Source: an uncultured Thermoplasmata archaeon (GTDB taxonomy: Archaea > Thermoplasmatota > Thermoplasmata > Lutacidiplasmatales > UBA184). Taken from it: a DNA stretch of 64,000 bases. Both the position numbers and the translations under genes were made by a program. Location: positions 7,910 through 71,909 of the forward strand of contig CAVRCS010000003.1 in the NCBI GenBank assembly GCA_963719635.1, written 5' to 3'. Below the pieces are notes generated by a model. That model was given only the letters and a program-made list of their open reading frames with translations, had not been told where the DNA came from and searched no databases. Below are positions 57,149 through 64,000 of the stretch, piece after piece; the stretch's first letter is position 1; each line of letters opens with the position of its first letter.

Positions 57149-58447
57149 CTAGGCAAGCTCGGCGAACAGCTGGTGCGGCTCCTCGAGGTACGCCTTCACG
57201 GTGGCGATGAACTGCGCCGCCTCGTAGCCGTCGAGGAGACGGTGGTCAATCGACAGGGAGAGGTTCATGAGGTCCGCGGGGCCGAGGCTGCCGTCGGGAC
57301 GGTACACCGGACGCCGACGGATGCGGTGGACCCCGAGGATTGCGACCTCCGGGTAGTTGAGGATCGGGGTCGCGAGGACGCCCCCGAGGGCGCCGAGGCT
57401 GGTGATCGTGAACGTGCTCCCGCTGAGCTCGTGCCGCTCGAGCTTGCCGGCGCGGCCGCGCTCGGCGAGGTCCTGGATCTCCTTCGCGAGCTGGGTGATC
57501 GACTTCCGGTCGACGTCCCGGACCACGGGCACGAGGAGGCCGTCCGGCGCCGCCGTGGCGAGGCCGATATGGAACGCGGAGTACAGGACCATCTCGTTCC
57601 GAGCGTCGTCCATCGTCGCGTTCAGCCGGGGGTGCGCGCGCAGCCCGGTGACGACGCCCTTGAGCACGAACGGGAGGTAGGTGAGCCGTGGCCCCTGCCG
57701 CTCGACGTGCTTCGCCATGCTCTCACGGAGCCGGACGAGCTCGCTGACGTCGACCTCTTCGACGTAGGTGAACGTCGCCGCCCGGTGCGTCGCCTCCATC
57801 ATGTGCTCCGCGATCACGCGCCGGAGCCCGCGGAGGGGGATGCGGGTCGTTCCGTCCGCACCGGGGACCCCCGGTGGCGGCTCCGGGCCTGTCGGGGTCG
57901 TCGTCGGTCGCCCCCCCGAGGGAGCGGGAGCGGATGTCGGGGGAGCGGGCGCGCCGCCGGAGCCCGAAAGGTCCTCCTCGGTGATCCGGCCGCCCGGTCC
58001 GCTCCCGCGAACCTTCGAGAGGTCAATCCCCTTCTCCGCCGCGAGGCGCCGGACGAAGGGGCTCGCCAGCACCGGACCCGGAGCGGCGCCCGCGGGGGCG
58101 GATGTCGCCGGCGGCTGGGCGGCGCCGGGCGCTACCGCCGGGGCGGGAGCCGTCTTCGCCGAGGGCGCAGCGTGGCTCCCGGCCGGTGGTGCGGGCGCCG
58201 ACGAACCCCCGGCGGCGTCGATCGTTACGAGCAGCCCGCCGACCTTGACCTTCTCGCCGACGGCCGCGTGGAGCTTGAGGACCTTGCCGGTCTTCGGGGA
58301 CGGGATTTCGACGTTCGCCTTGTCGGTGAGGACGCTCACGAGCGGCGCGTCCTCGCGGACGGTCTCGCCCTCCTGGACGAACCAGCGGACGACCTCCCCT
58401 TCGGCGACGCCTTCGCCGATATCCGGGAGACGGAACTCGTAGACCAT
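57149..58447 (-). CDS. Dihydrolipoamide acyltransferase (E2)
   Basis: Lipoyl domain (LPDIGEGVAEGEVVRW...VLTDKANVEIPSP), Ala/Pro linker, E3-binding domain (ASPFVRRLAAEKGIDL), catalytic domain (SLSIDHRLLDG). Confidence 0.9.
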   Translation of the reverse strand: MVYEFRLPDIGEGVAEGEVVRWFVQEGETVREDAPLVSVLTDKANVEIPSPKTGKVLKLHAAVGEKVKVGGLLVTIDAAGGSSAPAPPAGSHAAPSAKTAPAPAVAPGAAQPPATSAPAGAAPGPVLASPFVRRLAAEKGIDLSKVRGSGPGGRITEEDLSGSGGAPAPPTSAPAPSGGRPTTTPTGPEPPPGVPGADGTTRIPLRGLRRVIAEHMMEATHRAATFTYVEEVDVSELVRLRESMAKHVERQGPRLTYLPFVLKGVVTGLRAHPRLNATMDDARNEMVLYSAFHIGLATAAPDGLLVPVVRDVDRKSITQLAKEIQDLAERGRAGKLERHELSGSTFTITSLGALGGVLATPILNYPEVAILGVHRIRRRPVYRPDGSLGPADLMNLSLSIDHRLLDGYEAAQFIATVKAYLEEPHQLFAELA

Positions 58448-58452
58448 CGGCC

Positions 58453-59430
58453 CTAGCTCGCCTGCAGCGCGGCGCGGGCGGCCGCTGCGACCTTTTCGGC
58501 ACCGGGCAGGTAGACGTTTTCGAGGGCGTAGGGGAACGGCGTGTCGTAGCCCGTGACCCGTGCGATCGGCGCCTTGAGCGAGAAGAACGCCTTCTCGGCG
58601 AGGAGGGCGGAGACCTCGGCGCCGAAGCCGCAGAAGCGGGCCGCCTCGTGCACGACCACGGCGCGGCCGGTCTTCGACACGGACCTGAGGACCGCCTCCT
58701 CGTCCAGCGGGACGAGGGTCCGAAGGTCGGTCACCTCGGCCGAGATCCCCTCCGCCTCGAGCGTCGTCGCCGCCTCGGAGACGACCGGCACCATCGCCCC
58801 GTAGGCAAAGATGCTCACGTCCGAGCCGGCACGGACGGTCCGCGCCTGTCCGAACGGGACGCGGTAGGCGCCGTCCGGCACCTCGCCCGTGACGGCGCGG
58901 TAGATCCGCTTCGGCTCGAGGAAGATCACCGGGTCCTCGTCGGCGATCGCGGTCAACAGCAGCCCTTTCGCATCGGCCGGGGTCGACGGGATAACGACCT
59001 TCAGGCCGGCGGTGTGGCAGAAGTACGCCTCCGTGCTCTGCGAGTGGTACAGACCGCCCTTGATGCCGCCGCCGTACGGTGCGCGGATCACAACGTGGCA
59101 GGGGAACTGCCCGCCGGAGCGGTAGCGCATCTTCGACAGCTCGCTGACGATCTGGTCGAACGCCGGGTAGATGAAGTCGAGGAACTGGATCTCGGCGACC
59201 GGCTTCAGCCCGTAGAGCGCCATCCCGATCGCGGAGCCGACGATCCCGGTCTCGGAGAGGGGCGTGTCGAGCACGCGCTCGGCCCCGAACTCCTTCTGCA
59301 GCCCTTCCGTCGCGCGGAAGACGCCGCCGTTCACGCCGACGTCCTCGCCGAGGACGATGACGTCCGGGTCGGTTCGCATCGCCTCCTGCAGGCCCCGGTT
59401 CACGGCCTGGACCAGGGTGAGCTCCGTCAC
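58453..59430 (-). CDS. 2-oxoacid dehydrogenase E1 beta subunit
   Basis: LTLVQAVNRGLQEAM..VIVLGEDVG..GGVFR, TPLSE, transketolase-C-like end. GTG start overlaps the E1 alpha stop (GTGA). Confidence 0.9.
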   Translation of the reverse strand: MTELTLVQAVNRGLQEAMRTDPDVIVLGEDVGVNGGVFRATEGLQKEFGAERVLDTPLSETGIVGSAIGMALYGLKPVAEIQFLDFIYPAFDQIVSELSKMRYRSGGQFPCHVVIRAPYGGGIKGGLYHSQSTEAYFCHTAGLKVVIPSTPADAKGLLLTAIADEDPVIFLEPKRIYRAVTGEVPDGAYRVPFGQARTVRAGSDVSIFAYGAMVPVVSEAATTLEAEGISAEVTDLRTLVPLDEEAVLRSVSKTGRAVVVHEAARFCGFGAEVSALLAEKAFFSLKAPIARVTGYDTPFPYALENVYLPGAEKVAAAARAALQAS

Positions 59431-60503
59431 TTCGGCGCTCCCGACTGGCTCAGCCGGCTCGCGCACTCGGCTCGTTCCTCTTCGAGCCGCGGGGTCCTCC
59501 GCGCGAAGACGTCGTCGAAGAGCGTGAGGGGGTCGACACCGGGGTTCGCCTCGGCGTGCTCGATCGCCGAGCCGATCGCTGCGCGGGCGACCTCCCACCC
59601 CTTCGCATCCGCTGTCTCGTCCAACGCACCGGAGGCCAGCAGCTCAGTCTTGAGTCGGTGGAGAGGGTCCCGCTGGCGGGCCGCGTCGACCTGCGCGTCC
59701 GGTCGGTACCGCCGCGGGTCGTCGGAGGTCGAGTGCGGCCCGAAGCGGTACACCTGCGCCTCGATGAGCGTCGGCCCTTCGCCGGCGACGGCCCGGGCCC
59801 GGGCCGCCCGGACCGCGGCGTAGACGGCGCGGACGTCGTTGCCGTCGACGACAACACCGGAGAACCCGTACGCCTCGGCTTTGACCGCCAGGGTGGCGGA
59901 GCGGGTCTGGTTTTCGCGCGGCGTCGAGATCGCCCACTCGTTGTTCTGGCAGAAGAAGACGGTCGGGGCACGATACACGCCGGCGAAGTTGAGCCCGGCG
60001 TGGAAGTCGTTGGAGCTGGTCGCGCCGTCCCCGAAGTAGCTGATCGTCGCAATCGGCGCCTTGCGGTACCTCGCCGCTATGGCGGCCCCGACCGCCTGGG
60101 TGATCTGCGTGCCGATCGGGCTGGAGACGGAGACGAAGTGCTGGTCGCGGAAGGCGAAGTGGTTCGGCATCTGGCGCCCCTTCGCCAGGTCCCCCGCGTC
60201 CGCGAACAACTGGTCGATGATCGACTGGAGGGTCGCGCCTCGCACGAGCGCGACGGCGAGCTCGCGGTACGCCGGGAACACCCAGTCGGCGGGGTCCATG
60301 CCGAGCGCGGAGCCGACCAGGGCCGCCTCCTCGCCCGCGTGGGGGGCGTAGAACCCGATCCGTCCCTGACGTTGGAGGGCGAGGCATCGCTCGTCGAGCG
60401 CTCGCGCGAGCACCATCGTCTGATAGGCGCCCACGAGACGCGTACCCGACAGCGGGTCGGAGCCGGGCGGTGCGGCCGCCGGGCGCGCGGACGAACTCGA
60501 CAT
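59427..60503 (-). CDS. 2-oxoacid dehydrogenase E1 alpha subunit
   Basis: YFGDGATSSNDFHAGLNFA...NNEWAIS ThDP motif. Start ATG 60503. The 719-aa ORF in the track is an upstream open-frame artefact. Confidence 0.9.
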   Translation of the reverse strand: MSSSSARPAAAPPGSDPLSGTRLVGAYQTMVLARALDERCLALQRQGRIGFYAPHAGEEAALVGSALGMDPADWVFPAYRELAVALVRGATLQSIIDQLFADAGDLAKGRQMPNHFAFRDQHFVSVSSPIGTQITQAVGAAIAARYRKAPIATISYFGDGATSSNDFHAGLNFAGVYRAPTVFFCQNNEWAISTPRENQTRSATLAVKAEAYGFSGVVVDGNDVRAVYAAVRAARARAVAGEGPTLIEAQVYRFGPHSTSDDPRRYRPDAQVDAARQRDPLHRLKTELLASGALDETADAKGWEVARAAIGSAIEHAEANPGVDPLTLFDDVFARRTPRLEEERAECASRLSQSGAPK

Positions 60504-60534
60504 GGCTGGCTGCTTCGAAGAGGACCGCCCGACC

Positions 60535-60541
60535 TCTATAA
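60535..60541 (-). promoter_or_regulatory. TATA-like box (ttataga on minus strand) for the E1 operon
   Basis: 32-38 nt upstream of ATG 60503 in the divergent spacer shared with the ABC operon. Confidence 0.3.
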
Positions 60542-60668
60542 CGGTGTAGCCGGGAGGCTTTGCCGCGCCCGCGGCGCCGTACGGAACGGCCCTCGGGAGA
60601 GCGTCCCAGCGTCTCGGCGATTGGTTGACCCTCTTCAAGTAGTCACACGATTGTCCGCGCGCCCCTCT

Positions 60669-61664
60669 ATGAGCATCCCTTCGTCCGACGGATTTGCCAT
60701 CGAAACGCGGGACCTGCGCCGCGTCTTCGAGAGCCGCAAGGGGTTCCTCTTTCGGGAGGTGACCCGGACCGAGGCGCTCCGCGGTGTCAACCTCACGGTC
60801 GAGCGCGGGGCGATCTTCGGCCTCCTCGGCCCGAACGGCGCCGGCAAGACGACGTTCACGAAGATCGTCTCGACGTTGCTGCTCCCAACGTCCGGGACCG
60901 CGATGGTCCTCGGCCATGACGTCGCGAAGGAGAACAGCTGGCTGCGCCCCCGGATGGGCCTGGTCCTCGGCGGGGAACGGGGACTGTACAACCGTATCAG
61001 CGGCCGCGAGAACCTCCGCTACTTCGCCGACCTGTACGGAGTCCCGATGGCCGAGCGGGAACCCCGGATCCGGGAGGTCCTCGAGCGGGTCGACCTCACG
61101 TCGGCGGCCGACCGACGCGTCGAGGAGTACTCGCGCGGGATGAAGCAGAAGCTCCACATCGCCCGCGGGATCCTGCACCGGCCTCAGATCCTCTTCTTGG
61201 ACGAACCGACGATCGGGCTCGACCCGAAGAGCGCGCGCGCGACGCGCAAGCTGATCCGCTCGCTCGTCGCAGACGGCGTGACGATCTTCCTGACGACCCA
61301 CTACATGTTCGAGGCCGAGGAGCTGTGCCCGAAGCTTGCGATCCTCTCCAAGGGCCGGATCGTCGCGCGCAACTCGGTCGACGGGTTGCGGACGCTGGTC
61401 GGCGGCGACCGGACGCTGGAGGCGGAGGCGTACGGCTTCGAAGACCGCGAGTTCGAGGCGCTGAAGGCGCTCCCGGGGGTCTCGAAGATCGTGCCGGAGG
61501 AGTTCGGGCCGGTGACGCGGCTGACGCTCCGGGTCCGGACCCAGGAGACGACCCTTGACCAGGTGCGGGCCGTCTTGCCGGGACACCCGGAGCTGTCGGT
61601 CCGGGAGCGTCGCACGAGCCTCGAGGACGTCTATCTGGACCTGGTCGACGAGGAGGTCCGATGA
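60669..61664 (+). CDS. ABC transporter ATP-binding protein (ABC-2/DrrA-like)
   Basis: Walker A GPNGAGKTT, signature YSRGMKQKL, Walker B ILFLDEPT, H-loop TTHYM. Confidence 0.9.
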   Translation: MSIPSSDGFAIETRDLRRVFESRKGFLFREVTRTEALRGVNLTVERGAIFGLLGPNGAGKTTFTKIVSTLLLPTSGTAMVLGHDVAKENSWLRPRMGLVLGGERGLYNRISGRENLRYFADLYGVPMAEREPRIREVLERVDLTSAADRRVEEYSRGMKQKLHIARGILHRPQILFLDEPTIGLDPKSARATRKLIRSLVADGVTIFLTTHYMFEAEELCPKLAILSKGRIVARNSVDGLRTLVGGDRTLEAEAYGFEDREFEALKALPGVSKIVPEEFGPVTRLTLRVRTQETTLDQVRAVLPGHPELSVRERRTSLEDVYLDLVDEEVR

Positions 61665-62470
61665 GCGCCCCGACCGCGAACGCCTACTCCCGGCGACGGT
61701 CGACCTTCGCTTCGTTGCGGCTCTCCGTCCTTCTGTTCATGGCAGACCCGCAGTGGCTGATCCCCTCGATGATCGCCCCGGTGATCTTCGGCCTGGTCTC
61801 GTTCGAACTGTTCCGCGGGTACGGGACGTACTACCTCACCTACGCGATCCTCGGCGCGGGGATGATGAGCATGTGGGGCCAGACGCTCTACGGGAGCGGC
61901 TGGGCGACCAGCCAGGACCGGGAGTTTGGCACGCTCGAGCCGACGATCCAGGCGCCGTCGCCGTACCTCTATGTGGTCCTGGGCCGCGTCGTCTGGAACG
62001 TCGTCTCCGGGCTGATCGGCGGTCTGATCGTGTACCTGGTCGTCGTCGGCGCGGCGGGAAGCCCGCCGGCGCTGCCGGACCCGATCGCGTTCGTGGTTCT
62101 CTTCGTCTTCGTGATGCTGACGCTCGCCGCCGTCGGGGTCGTCTTCGCCGCCTTCTACGTCTACACCCGGTACGCGGGCTTCATTCAGAACATCGGCGAA
62201 TTCGCCTTCTACGTGGGGACCGGGTGCATGTTCCCGGTGGTGCTGCTGCCGTTCTGGACGAACCCGATCGCCCTCGTCTTCCCGCCGACGTGGGCGCTGG
62301 ATGCGCTCCGCTACTCCTCCATCCCCGGCTACGTCGGATTCTCGTGGGGGTTCTGGCCGGACGTGATCGGCGCGGTCGCGACGACCGTGGCGTACCTGGT
62401 CCTTGCCGGCTCGGTGTTCCACCGGGTCGAACGGCACGTCCTCGAGGTCGGAAACCTCGCCGACTACTGA
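61661..62470 (+). CDS. ABC-2 type permease
   Basis: Six hydrophobic segments. ATGA overlap with the ATPase gene. Confidence 0.75.
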   Translation: MSAPTANAYSRRRSTFASLRLSVLLFMADPQWLIPSMIAPVIFGLVSFELFRGYGTYYLTYAILGAGMMSMWGQTLYGSGWATSQDREFGTLEPTIQAPSPYLYVVLGRVVWNVVSGLIGGLIVYLVVVGAAGSPPALPDPIAFVVLFVFVMLTLAAVGVVFAAFYVYTRYAGFIQNIGEFAFYVGTGCMFPVVLLPFWTNPIALVFPPTWALDALRYSSIPGYVGFSWGFWPDVIGAVATTVAYLVLAGSVFHRVERHVLEVGNLADY

Positions 62471-62485
62471 GGCGGAGGCACACCG

Positions 62486-63319
62486 ATGGCGGAGGCGACG
62501 GTCCCACGGAGTTCGTTCCTGAGGACATTCTGGACGAACGCGGTCTTCTCCCCGAAGACGAGCCTCGGGTTCATGCGGATCAACTTCGTCCTCGGCACGG
62601 TCTTCGTCATTCCGCTGACCCAGATGGTCTTCTTCGCGTACGTCGTCCGGTTGGGAGACGCCGGCGCGACGGCGTCGGCGCTCGCGTCCGCCGTCCAGTT
62701 CACCGCCCTCGGCAACGCGGTGGCGACCGTCACCTACTCGAGCGTCTTCTCCGTCTGCCAGACGACCGACTCGGAGAAGTGGCAGGGGACGATGGAGCAT
62801 CTCCTCGTCTCGCCGGCGAACCGGCTGGCGCTGTACTTCGGCCGGGGGCTGATCCCCATCCTGATCTCGCTCTCCACCGTCACCGTCGGGCTCACCTACG
62901 CCCACTTCTTCTTCGGGGTGCCGATCGCGGCGAGCGCGGTGCCGGAGGTCGCGGTCTCCGTGGTGCTCACGGCGTTCGCGATGGTCGGCTTCGGCCTCCT
63001 CCTCGGCGGGGTCGCGCTGTACCTGCGGACGTCGATCGTCCTCGGGAACATCTTCCTGTTCTGCGGGCTGCTGCTCTCCGGCGTGAACTTCCCGCTCTCC
63101 GCGCTACCCCTGACGGCGCAGTACGCCGGCGACGCCCTGCCGCTCACCTGGGGCCTGTCCGCGATCCGGGCGGCCGTCTCCGGCACGACCGGGAGCGGCA
63201 TCGAGGTCCTCTGGGCGGCGGTCGCCATCGCCGGGGCGATCTCGTTCGGCGCCGCCATCTCCCTCTGGGAGGTCTTCGAGCGCCGGGCCCTCGCTACGGG
63301 GAGCATCGCCCGGTTCTAG
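62486..63319 (+). CDS. ABC-2 type permease (second subunit)
   Basis: Six hydrophobic segments. 15 nt after the previous stop. Confidence 0.75.
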   Translation: MAEATVPRSSFLRTFWTNAVFSPKTSLGFMRINFVLGTVFVIPLTQMVFFAYVVRLGDAGATASALASAVQFTALGNAVATVTYSSVFSVCQTTDSEKWQGTMEHLLVSPANRLALYFGRGLIPILISLSTVTVGLTYAHFFFGVPIAASAVPEVAVSVVLTAFAMVGFGLLLGGVALYLRTSIVLGNIFLFCGLLLSGVNFPLSALPLTAQYAGDALPLTWGLSAIRAAVSGTTGSGIEVLWAAVAIAGAISFGAAISLWEVFERRALATGSIARF

Positions 63320-63455
63320 GGGGCCGCCCCTCCCGCGCGACGGGTCGCGCCGTCAGCGACGATCCCGTGGCCGTGGCGACGCCCCTGCCACGGCAGGGCT
63401 GCTCCTGAGCCGGCTGCGGCAGGCGGCTCCCGCAGCAGCCGCCGGCTCCGCGCCG

Positions 63456-64000
63456 CTACGCGGCGGGAGGGGAAGGAGGCGTCCCCGGCGCGGTCCCGGA
63501 CGTCGGGGTCCCAGCCGCGTTCCCCTTCTTCTTGCGGCGCCGCCGCTCGGCGGCGAAGAACAGGAGGAAGGCGATGAGGATCGCCGCCCCTACCCCTCCG
63601 AGGGCATAGTACCCGTCGTCCCCGGCAAGGCCCAGGAACGAACCCGTTCCGGAACCCGTGTGGGGGGCGAACGTGATGGAGACGGAGACCGCCGCGCCGT
63701 GCACGTGGATGCTGCCCCCGGGCTTGGTGAGGCCCGAGGCGTTCGTTCCGGTCGTGTAGCTGTAGCTGCCGTTCGTGAGATAGAGCGTCGTCGAGGAGCC
63801 TTCCGGCTCGGTGGAGGCGCCGCCCGTGATATTGACCCACCAGAGCGCGCCGGACGGCAACCCGGTCTCGGTGAACGTCACGGCGTACGTCACCTCGTGG
63901 AAGGTGACGGAGACCCTCACCACCGCACCGGTGACGCTGAACTCGCCTCCCGGAGCCGCGTAGATCTTGTTGGCGGAGGCGACCGCGAACGTGTACGAGC
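63456..64000 (-). CDS. Surface protein with GLP-module(s) and C-terminal TM anchor (5' end outside window)
   Basis: YAVTFTETGLPSGALWWVNITGG...TNGSYSYTT, TM (GAAILIAFLLFFAA) + ERRRRKKK + Pro/Thr tail. The frame stays open to the window edge (SYTFAVASANKIYAAPGGEFSVTGA...). Confidence 0.7.
   Translation of the reverse strand, partial: SYTFAVASANKIYAAPGGEFSVTGAVVRVSVTFHEVTYAVTFTETGLPSGALWWVNITGGASTEPEGSSTTLYLTNGSYSYTTGTNASGLTKPGGSIHVHGAAVSVSITFAPHTGSGTGSFLGLAGDDGYYALGGVGAAILIAFLLFFAAERRRRKKKGNAAGTPTSGTAPGTPPSPPAA

Noticed and set aside
59427-61664. Very long ORFs in the track (719 aa on minus, 702 aa on plus) spanning the E1 alpha/ABC junction
   Set aside because: Only the C-terminal 358 aa (minus) and 331 aa (plus) are family-like. 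The remainders are Arg/Pro/Gly-rich open frames typical of GC-rich DNA and cross the divergent promoter spacer.

Overview
GC-rich 64-kb window, roughly two-thirds G+C by eye. Gene content and promoter layout look archaeal, most likely a high-GC Thermoplasmatota-like lineage. This taxonomic call is inference from AT-rich TATA-like boxes 22-35 nt upstream of many start codons, COG1753-type antitoxins, sedolisin, archaeal-type glucoamylase and YVTN/GLP-module surface proteins.

Contents, left to right:
- (1) A glycosylation patch (GT-B glycosyltransferase, GT2, SAM methyltransferase) hit by two intact, abutting insertion sequences (IS1182-family, then IS630-family).
- (2) A roughly 12-kb accessory island (6.4-18 kb) holding five toxin-antitoxin (TA) modules (2x HEPN/MNT, 3x PIN) interleaved with giant beta-propeller surface proteins.
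- (3) A paralogous family of membrane-anchored surface proteins: YVTN propellers (7 and 14 blades), FG-GAP-like propellers (14 and 7 blades), and at least 23 copies of a roughly 90-aa 'GLP-x-G-T-x-W ... PNGTY' module spread over 5 genes. Sedolisin, a sulfatase-like enzyme and a GH15 glucoamylase sit nearby.
- (4) Housekeeping and transport genes: RCK K+ channel, sugar-nucleotide genes, NUDIX, MFS, VIT1, and an ArsR-SDR-QueA-like operon.
- (5) A 2-oxoacid dehydrogenase cluster (E1a-E1b-E2 / E1a'-E3-LipB-SDR) split by an inserted RibD_C gene bracketed by two IS630 end fragments.
- (6) An ABC-2 exporter.

No rRNA, tRNA or CRISPR array was recognised by eye.

The most pervasive oddity is that about 13 genes need one or two frame corrections, and four of them carry compensating pairs. 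Two HEPN toxin genes also carry in-frame stop codons. The cause is either indel-prone assembly or widespread gene decay, and I cannot decide between these from sequence alone. Many long ORFs in the six-frame track are Arg/Pro/Gly-rich shadows of real genes and were ignored.
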